Below are positions 1 through 11,667 of a DNA stretch of 64,000 nucleotides, piece after piece. Position numbers and translations under genes: made by a program. Position 1 is the stretch's first letter. The number at the start of each line of letters is the position of its first letter. Under the pieces are notes generated by a model. The model had not been told where the DNA came from. It saw nothing but the letters and a program-made list of their open reading frames with translations, and ran no database searches. Location: positions 44,516,001 through 44,580,000 of the forward strand of contig NC_042997.1 in NCBI RefSeq assembly GCF_006345805.1. The letters run 5' to 3'. The DNA comes from Octopus sinensis (Eukaryota).

Positions 1-638
1 GAATCACATCTTTATTCTGTTTATTGGGTAAAAATACTAATAATTACACTGTAGATTGTGTTATTCTGATCTCAAGGTTTGTGCATCTGAGTTTCATGTG
101 CCATATTATCAGATGTTACTACTGTTGTGTACAAACTGAAGTACTCTCTGTGGTCACATCATTTCTTCATCTTGCATATAACAATGTTGATAAAACGGCT
201 CAAGATTTGGCTTGTGTTATCTATTGAGTGGGTTTAGTGCACATCTCAGAAACAGCATGAATATTGCAAATCTCTTCCCCATTTCTCACACTCTGAAACA
301 TAATGCCTACCTAAGAGAAGGCAATAGGCCTTCTCTTTTTACCATTTTCTTCCTTTTTTCAAATCTTTCACAATTTCTATTTGCAGTGGTAAGTTGTTGA
401 TTTAGTGGTGGAAATTGAATAGATCTCACAGGACAGTTAGCAGATGTATAGATTTCTCTACAGCACTACAACTGTCATCCATAAACAGTTGCAATTTGTT
501 GTGATTCTCAATGTCTATTTAGTTTAACATATATACTTGATAAGTCTTCATATTCTGAGTTGGACTTTATTACATAAACCACTGTTGTACGCTTTTTATA
601 TTAAATACTTGTCAGTATTGTTATTGTCTTTTTGGCAG

Positions 639-739
639 GGAGGGTAACTCTAATTGCTTCAGATTGGACTGGCCGGTGCCACTCAACTAGCACATTGGAA
701 GACCGAGATAACTTACAAATCAAGCCCCTTTTTAATGAA
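639..739 (+). CDS. Candidate internal exon of unidentified host gene (GRVTLIASDWTGRCHSTSTLEDRDNLQIKPLFNE)
   Basis: Preceded by ttattgtctttttggcag acceptor, followed by gtatac donor; only one of three frames is open across the 101 nt; sequence looks non-repetitive. Protein not recognised. Confidence 0.4.
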
Positions 740-1352
740 GTATACTTTTTTTTTAAATACCCAATCTGATTATTTCATTGCTTTGTGGTTCCTGGCAGAA
801 TAAATGTCCAGGTGAAAATTGGAAAGGCTTGAACCGTGAACTTATATAATATCAAACTATCACATCTGTTCTACCACTAAATTAACAACTCACCTTTGCA
901 AATAGAAATTGTGAGAGATTTGTAAGAAGGAAGGAAATGGTAAAAACAAAAGGAAATTTATTTAAATAACCTTTAAGTTAAGAATTATTTAGCAGAGTAT
1001 GAAGTTTAGTTTCTCAGGACATTGACATTGGAATATTTGAAAGTAAACATTGTTATAATGATGTATGAGTTGATGTCAGAATGTTAGAGTACAGTTATAT
1101 AGCTTCATAGAATTTAGTTCAGTATTTTGCTATCATTTCTCTGGGGTCAATAAACTAAGTATTAAGTACATTAGTAGCTTTGATTCACTCAGCTTCCTTT
1201 CATTAAAAAAGGACCCCCATTGATAGTCACAAGAAATCCTACATGTTGTCAACATTCATTGTAAAATTCAAACTTTTATCTGTTTATAGTTCAGTGCTCA
1301 TTTGGACTGTTGCCAAATGTGACCAAAGCTACTCTTGGGAATTCTGTGAAAA

Positions 1353-2095
1353 TCTCTATATATATAAACGGCAGTTTGTCTGTCTGTGTGTCTGTCAGGT
1401 TGTACCCTCACCCTGACCACGGCTTTCAACCGATTCTGATGAAACTTGACACACACATAGCCCAATGTCATAATTCAAAACTAACGCAGTGAAAATTTTT
1501 TAAAGTTCCCCCAGTTCTGAAAAAAATTGATAAATTCGACATGGGGTCGAGAATCTAAGCTTTTTATATGCAACACATTTTCTGTTCTAGTTTTCGCAAC
1601 TTGCAATCGATTTTCACCAAACTCATGGTGAAGCTTAATGTTACCCTAAGAAACTTAATTCTGATGTTAGTTTTCCATGCAATACCTTACCATCAGAAAA
1701 AATCGATAAAATCATGCCATTTTGGGAAATCGCGTTCAAATTCAAGATGACATCTTTTCGACAATATCTTTCACAAATTGGCAGGAATTTTTTAAAAATT
1801 CACAGCAAGCATCATTTCTGCTCCAAGGAGCTATATGGCCCTTTTTATTCCAATAGGATACTTTATTACTGGAAAAAATCGGTTAATTAAATCATATGTG
1901 GGACACAACTCGACCTTTTTATCGCCCAAAGGGACAGCTAGGAACATTCGTATACACAAAAGTATTCGAGTGAAGAGAAGACATTGCAACCTACACATGC
2001 ACCTTCGTTCCCTAGAGGGAAAGGACTAGATTGGGATTAGTCGTTGCCTACTAGGGGCTCTTACATACCCGGGCAACGCCGGGCTATGCTGCTAG
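1353..2095 (+). mobile_element. Non-autonomous Helitron (family A)
   Basis: 5' TC terminus (tctctatatatataaacgg), subterminal hairpin cccgg-gcaacg-ccggg (2068-2083), 3' CTAG end, inserted between A and T, no TSD. Confidence 0.75.
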
Positions 2096-2209
2096 TCAAA
2101 TGCTAAAATGAAGAGGTATCTTCAAAAGCTGTTTGCTAACATCAAAGTGTTTCTAGATACTGCATTACACATGTTCCTTTTTGTACCCATTTAGTTGTAT
2201 AAATATTGT

Positions 2210-2600
2210 TCACCATTATCATTATCATTGTTCAACATCTGTTTTCCATGTTGGGATGGGTTGGACAGTTTGACAGGAACTGGCCAAGTGGAGAGCTGCC
2301 CAGGTTCCATGTCTGTCTTGGCATGGTTTCTATAGCTGGATGCCCTTCCTAATTCCAGCCACTTTACTGAGTGTTGTGAATGCTTTTTACATGCCACTGA
2401 CACAAGTACATTTTATGTGGGGCTGGCACTTGCAAGACAAAGACTTCTTGGCTGGGGAGGGAGTCGGGGCACGGCCATAAAGGACATGCTTTTATGTGTG
2501 AATGGCTACGATTTTACTTAGCTTGATGTTTTTTCTCAAGTACAGCAAATTGCCACAAGTCCCGGTCATTTCCTCAGTGAGGGTCAGCACCTGAAGATCC
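2210..2600 (-). mobile_element. Degenerate RTE-type LINE 3' UTR fragment
   Basis: Similar to copies at 19.7, 20.5, 27.5 and 45.5 kb (gttttccatg...gggttggacagtttgac...tatagctggatgcccttcct). Confidence 0.55.
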
Positions 2601-3464
2601 TTTCTCATAAAAGGTAAATTAAATCAGCAATTTAGTCTGCTAGAAATCTGTTTTCCTTATATTGTTCTATGGGTATAGAAAAATTGTTGAAAAATTTTCT
2701 TAATTAATCTTTCTCTTTTTCTCACACCCTACACACCCTTATATCTCAGCCTACCAGAAAATAAATTTACATATGAAATGTACATTTCAGCTCCAGTTCT
2801 TTTCTTTTCTTTTCATTTTATTTTAATCCCAAACATTTTATTCCGTGTGGGAAGCCCATCATCTTTGGACTTCTAAGTTGAACATAAAAATAAAATACAA
2901 TGATTTCTTATATGGTACTAAGTCACTAATAGCGAGGGAAGAGTGATGCTAATCTAATCCAATCCATTAAAATACTGGTATTTATTTTATTGACTTGCTT
3001 TTTCATCTTCCCTAGAAAATCGAGTCAACCATAGCAATTTCAAGAGTGATGAGACTACTCTGATTAGTTTAGTATTGTTTTCTACAAGTGTGGCTGCTAT
3101 TATACTTCTTTCTGTTTGTTATCTGTCAAAGTTGGTTTATCTGACTTCACTACAATTGCGATGATAGGTAGAGAGAGAGAGAGCGAAAGAGCTAAGTAGG
3201 CAGATAAGTAGTTTGGTTAGAAGATGAATAATGAAAATGATTTATGACTCAGCTGATTGATTAAACTGGATCGTTCCAGTAACAGGTTATTGCACAATGA
3301 CTTTTCCTTTGTAACAAAAATAGTCTGTTAAGCAAGCTTATTAGCTTATTAAAATGGTGGATCCTTGATTGGTTTTGTTGACCAACTGAACTACTTACTT
3401 GTTAAATTAGCATATAAGTGGCTGAGTATTCCACAAGCTGAATCAACATAATGCAATATATGGC

Positions 3465-3820
3465 CGTTGCCAGCGCCGCCTCGACTGGCTTCTGTGCCGG
3501 TGGCACATAAAAAGCACCATCCGAACGTGGCCGTTGCCAGCGCCGCCTTGGCTGGCTTCCGTGCCAGTGGCACGTTAAAAGCTCCAACCGATCGTGGCCG
3601 ATGCCAGACTCCCCTGGCACCTGTGCAGGTGGCTCATAAAAAGCACCCACTACATTCGCGGAGTGGTTGGCGTTAGGAAGGGCATCCAGCTGTAGAAACT
3701 CTGCCAGATCAGATTGGAGCCTGGTGCAGCCCCTGGCTTCCCAGACCCCCGGTTTGAACCGTCCAAACCGCGCTAGCGCGGAAAATGGACGTTGAACGAT
3801 GATGATGATGATGATGATGG
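3465..3820 (+). mobile_element. RTE-type LINE 3' UTR fragment with internal tandem repeats and (GAT)n tail
   Basis: Reverse complement of the 19.7/20.5-kb family; ends ggacgttgaacgatgatgatgatg. Confidence 0.7.
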
Positions 3821-3899
3821 TGCAAGACAAAAAAAGGAAAAAAAGGAGCTGCCTGTGATGTGACTTTGAAATAGTTGAGTAAGCTTTTATGTTTTTGTT

Positions 3900-4970
3900 G
3901 AAGATAGGGCTTAGAGGTGCAATGAGATTGCAGAATTAGCTGGGCAGAATTGATAGTCTTAAAATGTTTTTTGTAAATCCTGTGTCTATAGGATGAGATT
4001 AATGCAGAGTGTCTGTGGAATAATTGTATTCAGAAAATGGACTTCAAATGATTCTAAGGTTTGCTAAGATGTTTTTGTTATAGGTGTATAGTTTAGCATA
4101 TGACATGATGTTCCAGTAAATTTTATTAGGTTTGTTGGAATTCTTTAATGTCTATCTGTATACAGAGAACAAGGTTGAATGTGTTCTGTTAGTGTTTCAG
4201 AATATATATGTGTGTGTATTGACATTGTAAGAATTTTACAAACTTTTGAGAGAATGTGATTGTATATCTTGAAGCACACACATAAAACTATGAACAATGC
4301 CATGTAAATTATGGGTTGAAAACTCCAAAATTTTGCATGCTTACATGATATCGCCTGTTCGCACTGGGGTCAATGTAATCGACTTAATCCCTTTGTCTGT
4401 CCTTGTTTGTCCCCTCTATGTTTAGTCCCCCTGTGGGCAATAAAGAAATATATGTTGTGCTTAGTGATATAGTATTCCAAAAGAGAATCTTATATATATG
4501 GCAAGTAATCCCCTATGTCTGAGAGAGAGATGATAGGTTGGTTTTAACAGTGGTATAATATACTAGTTCCTTTACTCAGTAGTGTTCCTGGCAAAGGCAG
4601 ATATTGCGATTGATACAATTTGCCGTTTGAGTTTTTGTAGTTGCGTTGGATTATTAGTTTTGTTTGATTGAATCTTACTATAATTTAAGTAGAATTCCTA
4701 GTGCAGAATAGGATATTCTGACAGGATTCTGTGGTGGAGAGCATCTATGTAATAACTGGAAGAACTGTTTGGCTATTAAAGCTTGTACTTATAGGTTGTA
4801 AAACAGGTTATATCCCTACATATCTTTCCCAGTGTTTGGTGCGTAGTTAACTTACTTTTCTAAGAGTTTCATTAGAATATTCTAAAATCTCTTTACCTCT
4901 TCATTAGAAGATAAAAGGACAGTCTTCAGTGAAATATTTCCTGCTAGATTGTTGAGATTACACTTGAAGT
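3900..4970 (-). mobile_element. Highly degenerate Penelope-like C-terminal remnant interrupted by an OR1-like SINE tail (about 4360-4450)
   Basis: Minus-strand translation gives stop-ridden peptides (RISYSALG, NCINRNICLCQEHY*VKELVYY, IYWNIMSYAK) resembling the KISYS / CNCR..C / VVY motifs also seen at 62.9-63.6 kb. Confidence 0.4.
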
Positions 4971-6311
4971 GTTTTGAAGATTTGTGAATATTTTGTAGGC
5001 CTTTTATAGAGACATTATACTGAATTATTTTATGTGTAGTGTGACATCAAGGAAGTTTATTGATGATGATGATGATGATGTATCAACAGTTGGAGAGATC
5101 AAATTTCTTAGAATTAACCAGCTATTGTCTCTATATAACCATGAAGCTGCTTATGCTAAGATTTTAAGATATACTGGCCTACAATGCTGCTAATTTCCTC
5201 AAGACAATGAAGAAGTAAATAAATAAATGTGGTACGACTGGTTTTGTTAGATTTCTATTTTTATAAAAATAGATTTCTGAAATTTCAATAATTTTCTGTA
5301 TGTTGCTCTTAGAGCTCAAGTTATTTCAAGGCTTTTAGATAAGATCTCTGTTGTGGAACCATTTCCTTGCTATCTGAACTAGATCCTTGCAGTTCTGTTC
5401 ACTCCTGAAGGTCTTCAGAAGTAGGGGTTTTGTTATTAGCTTGCAGTTGCTCTTGAATATCACTTGCATCAGCTTTTTCGAACTCCCCTTTCTGTGCTTC
5501 TGGTCCAAGGGTATGGCTGAATGAGCTACTCACAACTGTGATCAGCTCATTACCATGAGATTGTGAGTTTGAGCCACTCAGATGGAAAAAATGAGTTGTG
5601 CCTGTAGCTCAGTAGGCTCACCTTGTCGCATTTGGTTTCCCTGAGAACTCAGTTAAGGGTATGCCTGTCTGTGGAGTGCTCAGCCACTTGCTCAAATCAA
5701 CTGGAACATTTGCTGTCATAACTGTCAGATACCCAGCCATAACTTTGGATTGAAACTCTGCTGTAGTATAGCTTTCCTTGATTACATTTGAACACAATTT
5801 CTCCCAAATCCCTGAGACTTCTATGTTATATGCATTTTCAGATACCTTTGATATTTCTTATTGCTGGTATAAATGTAATTTTTCCAGGGTTATTTATCAA
5901 CAGTTGCTGTAAACAACTGACTTGATTATATGCTTTCAAAACAGAAATAACATTCTGACCCATCATGTTGGGGAGAATGTAAATGATTTCAACAGATCCT
6001 ATATTAGGAGTTTTTTGAGACTTGATTGATGACAAGGAGTGGTGACCAAAAACCAAAGTGACTTAGCTTGAAATTATAATTCTTACAGAAAAGTTCATCT
6101 AACAGTTCAGTAATAAAAATAAAATCTTTGTAATTCAAGATTTTTCTGTTAGATTTCCACATAACAGGCAGACCAAAATTCGGATATACCTTTCACTGCT
6201 CATGGAGTATCAAAGATAAACAAGCAAGGGCCATTCAGTTGCTGCAATATCGAGTTTCTTCATAAAATGGTGTTTCTGTCAGAAGTAACATAAAACTAAG
6301 TTTGGTGTTTA

Positions 6312-6346
<35 letters not shown>

Positions 6347-6348
6347 GA

Positions 6349-6730
6349 GGAGGCGCAATGGCCCAGTGGTTAGGGCAGCGGACTTGCGGTCATAGGATCG
6401 CGGTTTTGATTCCCAGACCGGGTGTTTTGAGTGTTTATTGAGCGAAAACACCTGAAGCTCCACGAGGCTCTGGCAGGGGATGGTGGTGATCCCTGCTGTA
6501 CTCTTTCACCACAACTTTCTCTCACTCTTACTTCCTGTTTCTGTTGTACCTGTATTTCAAAGGGCCGGCCTTGTCATTCTCTGTGTCACGCTGAATATCC
6601 CCGAGAACTATGTTACGGGTACATGTGTCTGTGGAGTGCTCAGCCACTTACATGTTAATTTCATGAGCAGGCTGTTCCATTGATTCGGATCAACTGGAAC
6701 CCTCGTCGTCGTAACCGACGGAGTGCTTCC
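6349..6730 (+). mobile_element. tRNA-derived SINE, OR2-like
   Basis: Head ggaggcgcaatggcccagtggttagg (A box) and gttttgattccc (B-box-like); near-identical to 32271-32653 and 62018-62398. Family name from recall. Confidence 0.85.
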
Positions 6731-6737
6731 ATCATCC

Positions 6738-6770
<33 letters not shown>

Positions 6771-6825
6771 CCGCGTAAGCTTTCATTCATACTTTGTATA
6801 TATATATATATATATATATACATAC

Positions 6826-7013
6826 AAGGAAAATAAGATAAGGTAGAAAATGCTAAAATGATTTTATCATGAACATTTTAGTACCGGTTTCAGTCTTTGC
6901 AACTTTTTCAACTTAGAGTAAAGCATGAAAAAGCCGCAAAGACTGAAACTGGTACTATAATGTTCTTCATGATAAAATTATTTTAGCATTTTCTACCTTG
7001 TCTTATTTTCCTT
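6826..7013. repeat. Fold-back palindromic element (about 85-bp arms, short spacer) carrying hammerhead-like motifs
   Basis: aaggaaaataagataaggtagaaaatgc...actttttca (6826-6910) is the near-perfect reverse complement of tgaaaaagcc...tcttattttcctt (to 7013). Confidence 0.85.
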
Positions 7014-7024
7014 ATACACAACTT

Positions 7025-7340
7025 GTGTGTGGCTTAGCAGTTTGGGTGTTTGGCTCGCAATAGTAAGGTCATGAGTTCAATTGCCGGTGCCATGTTGTGT
7101 CTTTGAGCAAGATGCTTTATTTCACGTTGCTCCACTCCATTCAGTTGGCAAAACTGAGTAGTGCCTGTATTTCAAAGGACCAACCTTGTCACATTCTGAG
7201 TTATGCTGAATCTCCCAGAGAACTATGTTAAGGATATGCATGTCTGTGGTGTGCTCAGCCACTTGCACATTCATTTGACAAGCAGGCTGTTCAGTTGATT
7301 GGATCAACTGGAACTCTTGTCGTCGTAACTGACAGACTGC
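7025..7340 (+). mobile_element. Diverged OR2-like SINE
   Basis: Shares gtgctcagccacttgcac...caagcaggctgtt...gatcaactggaac with 6349-6730; contains CORE-like gtgtctttgagcaagatgcttta. Confidence 0.65.
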
Positions 7341-8375
7341 CAGTTTATATATATGCGTGTGTGTGTGTGTGTGTGTGTGTGCTTGTGCATACACCCGAAG
7401 AGAGAGAGAGAAAGATGTCTGAATAGATTTTTTCTTATTTATGTATTATTGCATAATAGGTCATATAGTACTGCACTCACTTCCATTGAAATGTCTGTAA
7501 AGTAATAATAATCTGTCTTAAATTCAAGGAAGCTGGTTTCTTGATTTAATTCATTTGATGTCAGACTTTTAAGAATTAATGTATTGGTGATTTGCAGACT
7601 TTATAAAGAAATTCCAAAGCATTATCTGTCCAGTTTTATAAACTTTGCATTTTATTAGGAAAAGCATGCAGTTGTTAAAATATTTGCTTCATTTCGTATG
7701 CAAATGTTCCAATTTAAGGCAACATGCTTACCTGAAAGGAGATAGTAGATGGTATAAAATTATTAAAGAGAGAGAGAGAGAGAGAGGTCTACATACATAC
7801 ACACACACACACATATATATATATATGTATATACACAGAAAGAGAGGGGGGGAGCATGTTAAAAAGTGAGCAGGAATGAACAAAAGATTTATTTGAAATC
7901 TTTCAGTTAATAGGATCAAAAGATAATGGCTGTAGTTGTGTTTTATGATTATCTTTTTGTTGAACCAACATCGCTGAAATACTATAGAAATCTAATTTTC
8001 ACCATTTAATGGTTTGTTGGTACATAATAGTTTGTGTTTGAATTCTGGCACCAATTCCTAACAACATATTACAACAGGTTTGAAATAAACGGTTTGTGTT
8101 GGTGTGTTTTGTCATGTCTCTGAGTTCTATGCATTCGTGGCTTCAGTTCTCTCTTCAATGACAAAAGCAGCTGCTTGCAATCGGACTGAGCTTCATGACT
8201 TGCTTGTATTTTTATTGCTGTTGTTGTTGTCGTTGTGTCTGTACTTTCTGGAAGGGCTGTATCTTACAGCACAACATGGCCAAACGAGTAAGCTTGGTGT
8301 TATTAAAATGTGGAGTTCAGTTTATTGATTAAGCATAAAAACACAAGGTGGATGTTCCCTTAACTTATTAACATA

Positions 8376-8787
8376 GGCGCAGGAGTGGCTGTGTGGTAAG
8401 TAGCTTGCTTACCAACCACATGGTTCCGGGTTCAGTCCCACTGCGTGGCATCTTGGGCAAGTGTCTTCTGCTATAGCCCCGGGCCGACCATACCCTTGTG
8501 AGTGGATTTGGTAGACGGAAACTGAAAGAAGCCTGTCGTATATATGTATATATATATATATATATATGTGTATATGTTTGTGTGTCTGTGTTTGTCCCCC
8601 TAGCATTGCTTGACAACCGATGCTGGTGTGTTTACGTCCTCATCACTTAGCGGTTCGGCAAAAAGAGACCGATAGAATAAGTACTGGGCTTACAAAGAAT
8701 AAGTCCCGGGGTCAATTTGCTCGACTAAAGGCGGTGCTCCAGCATGGCTGCAGTCAAATGACTGAAACAAGTAAAAGAGTAAAGAGT
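8376..8787 (+). mobile_element. tRNA-derived SINE, OK-like (full length)
   Basis: Head ggcgcaggagtggctgtgtggtaag...gggttcagtcccac, central (TA)n/(TG)n, tail gactgaaacaagtaaaagagt; about 15 copies in the window. Confidence 0.9.
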
Positions 8788-9272
8788 ATTTAAACTGGTC
8801 ATATCTGGCTCTAAATATTCTTCCTGCTTCACGTTCAAACTGGCCAGATCCAACCTCTCACAATGTTCTAAAAATTAACAATCACATCATCAAAATCTTC
8901 AAGCTATGAATAAATAAACATTACATTTGACCAAGTAATCTGAATGCTACTGGGCTAAACCAGCCATATCTGGTCAAAATAATCTACCTGCTTTTATTTT
9001 CAAATTGGCTAGATTTGGCCCCTCACACTTATCCTACATTGTTACTCTAAAAGTAAACAATCACGTCATTGAGATCTCAAAGCTATAAGGTTATACATGA
9101 CTAATTCAAATCAATATAAATAAATAAACATTATATTTGACAGAGAATGCTTAAGGGCTAAGTAGTGGTGGGTCTTTGTGAGAAAGACTTTTAGTGTTTT
9201 TGGAACAGATAAAAGCTATTAAGTCGATTATAAGAAGTAGAGAGAGATTCTTATACTAAATACACTAGACAT

Positions 9273-9516
9273 ACTCTCTTTACTCTTTTACTTGTTTCAG
9301 TCATTTGACTGCGGCCATGCTGGAGCACCGCCTTTAGTCAAGCAAATCGACCCCGGGACTTATTCTTTGTAAGCCCAGTTCTTATTCTATCGGTCTCTTT
9401 TTGCCGAACCGTTAAGTGACGGGGACGTAAACACTCACAATGCCCGGTCTGGGAATCGAAACCACGATCCTATGACCGCGAGTCCGCTGCCCTAACCACT
9501 GGGCCATTGCGCCTCC
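9273..9516 (-). mobile_element. Chimeric SINE: OR2-like head fused to OK-like 3' half
   Basis: 9435-9516 matches the OR2-like head, 9273-9434 matches the OK-like tail; junction at shared GTGTTTA (+ taaacac 9428-9434). Confidence 0.8.
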
Positions 9517-9972
9517 ACGAGTCTCATTATATAACACTGATAGATTGTAATCTTGTTTTCTGAAACTGTTATACTTTTTGTGTTGTTTTATATTATTTCA
9601 ATATTGTTTTTGATAAATTAGTCACTAAAATCTTTTTCAAAGTTTGTTGATTCATAAATTGTGAAATATTTTGGTGGTGGCAGTTTAAACCTCTGCCATT
9701 GCTATTGCATTATGTCATTGACAATACCCTACTTGCTTCAAACTACTTGTTTTTTTTGTTCTTTTTTGAAAAGTGATTATGACTTCATTTTAATTAAACT
9801 ATTAATAGTTGGTTAGCTGGTATGAGTATTCAGCAATTAAAAAATACTTGATTCAGTAATTTATATACAAATATTTAATTTGCTGAATGATTTCAAACCT
9901 ATATTGGTGTGAGGAACAGAACTAAGTTAAGTATCCCAGTTCTATATTTAAGAGATGAGGAATTATGTACAT

Positions 9973-10367
9973 TACTCTTTTACTTGTTTCAGTCATTTGA
10001 CTGTGGCCATGCTGGAGCACCGCCTTTAGTCGAGCAAATCGACCCACAGGAATATTCTTTGTAAGCCTAGTACTTATTCTATTGGTCTCTTTTGCCGAAC
10101 CACTAAGTTACGGGGATGTAAACACACCAGCATCAGTTGTCAAGCGATGTTGGGAGGAATAAACAGACATACAACACACACACACACATATATATACATA
10201 TATACGATGGGCTTCTTTCAGTTTCCGTCTATCAAATCCACTCACAAGGCTTTGGTTGGCCCAAGGCTGTAGTAGAAGACACTTGCCCAAGGTGCCATGC
10301 AGTGGGACTGAACCTGGAACCATGCAGTTCGTAAGCAAGCTATATACCACACAACCACTCCTGCGCC
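9973..10367 (-). mobile_element. OK-like SINE
   Basis: Reverse complement of 8376-8787. Confidence 0.9.
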
Positions 10368-10505
10368 TATATTTGTGACAGATATTTGTCCTCATCTTGT
10401 TTGTTGTTAACACGTTTCAGCTGATATACCCTCCAGTCTTCTTAAGGTGTCTTGGGGGAAATTTTGAACCTGGGTTCTCATTCCTAAGGTATTTTTCAAT
10501 GTTGC

Positions 10506-10565
<60 letters not shown>
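10506..10565. repeat. (ATT)n microsatellite
   Basis: About 20 uninterrupted ATT units; source of the poly-Leu/poly-Asn pseudo-ORFs. Confidence 0.95.
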
Positions 10566-10569
<4 letters not shown>

Positions 10570-10701
10570 ATCACTGCTTGGAATCTTGGGATTAGTAGCC
10601 CATGCTCTTAAACCACTATGCCATATGCCCGTGGTCATAATAATAATAATAACATCGAAAAATACCTTAGGAATGAGAACCCAGGTTTGAAATTTCCCCA
10701 A

Positions 10702-10747
10702 GACACCTGAAGATGGCTGCAGGGTATATCAGCCGAAACGTTGTGTT
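10702..10747 (+). ncRNA. Putative minimal type-I hammerhead ribozyme (dimer-type, one extra core nucleotide)
   Basis: GACAC-CTGAAGA-T-GGCTG[loop]CAGCC-GAAACGTT-GTGTT: stem I GACAC/GTGTT, stem II GGCTG/CAGCC, palindrome AACGTT spanning stem III, GUU site after 10742. Confidence 0.5.
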
Positions 10748-11436
10748 AACAACAAACAAGATGAGGGCAAATATCCGTCAAATGAAAATAATATGTTAAG
10801 AATTATTCTACATCCATTTTTAAAAGTCTACCATGAATGCTTTCTTGTAAATTTGGATAATTACTTATGAATTCATCATCATCATAATCATTGTCATCTT
10901 CATCATTTTAATGTTCACTTTTCCACACTTGCATGAATCAGACAGAATTCACTGAAGCAGATTTTCTATGGTTAGATGGCATTTGTGTTGCTAACTTTCA
11001 CTTGTTTATAAGCAAGGTAATATTTCTCCATGACTGGATGTTTTTACAGAAGATTGGTACTGGCAACACTCGTATGATGGTGACATTTGTTTTATGACTT
11101 CCATATGATGTCAAGACCAGAAGGCATGCACACAACTTCTTTCAGTTTCCTTCTATCAAATCTTCTCACAAGGCTGCGATAGGCTCGGAGCTATAATAGA
11201 AGACACTAGCCCAAGGCGCCATACTGTGAGGCTGAACCCATAATTGAGAAGCAAACTTCTTAACCATACAGCCATGGCTTCATCTCAAAGCCATATCTGT
11301 GCATTGTCAGTGTAAATATTTTAACCGATAGATACTTTTCATTATATAACTGTAAAATGGTGAATAACCATTCATTTTATGAGGATATGTTGTATTTTTT
11401 GTGAATTTATAGCTGTAGTAATATGCTATTTCTACA

Positions 11437-11667
11437 GGCGGCGAGCTGGCAGAAATGTTAGCGCGCCGGGCGAAATGCTTAGCGGTATTTCGCCTGTCGT
11501 TACGTTGTGAGTTCAAATTCCGCCGAGGTCGACATTGCCTTTCATCCTTTCGGGGTCGATAAATTAAGTACCAGTTACGCACTGATATCGATGTAATCGA
11601 CTTAATACCTATGTCTGTCCTTGTTTGTCCCCTCTATGTTTAGCCCTTTGTGGGTAATAAAGAAATA
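11437..11667 (+). mobile_element. tRNA-derived SINE, OR1-like, with 16-bp target-site duplication
   Basis: Head ggcggcgagctggcagaa...gagttcaaattcc, core gcctttcatcctttcggggtcgataa, tail taataaagaaata; TSD agtaatatgctatttc at 11417-11432 and 11668-11683. Confidence 0.85.

Larger units (their letters stand above)
10381..10775. mobile_element. Inverted-repeat element: two ~125-bp arms with hammerhead motifs flanking (ATT)n, an antisense tRNA-like head and (AAT)n
   Basis: 10381-10505 is the reverse complement of 10651-10775; the core 10565-10630 on minus reads GGGCATATGGCATAGTGGTTTAAGAGC (A box). Confidence 0.8.

Noticed and set aside
6349-6420. tRNA-like sequences at SINE heads
   Set aside because: They continue into SINE bodies and lack a proper acceptor stem, so they are not tRNA genes.
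8368-8616. Recurrent ORFs such as MSSNARGTN..., MLGGQTQTHKH... and MTTDAGVFTSP... found at many positions
   Set aside because: They are translations of the OK-like SINE and its microsatellite core, not a gene family.
8745-8787. Half-hammerhead look of the OK-like tail (AGTC-AAAT-GACT-GAAAC-AA-GTA)
   Set aside because: There is no upstream CUGANGA and stem III is not palindromic, so it does not fit a ribozyme.
10397-10701. Poly-Leu and poly-Asn ORFs
   Set aside because: Products of the (ATT)n microsatellite inside the inverted-repeat element.
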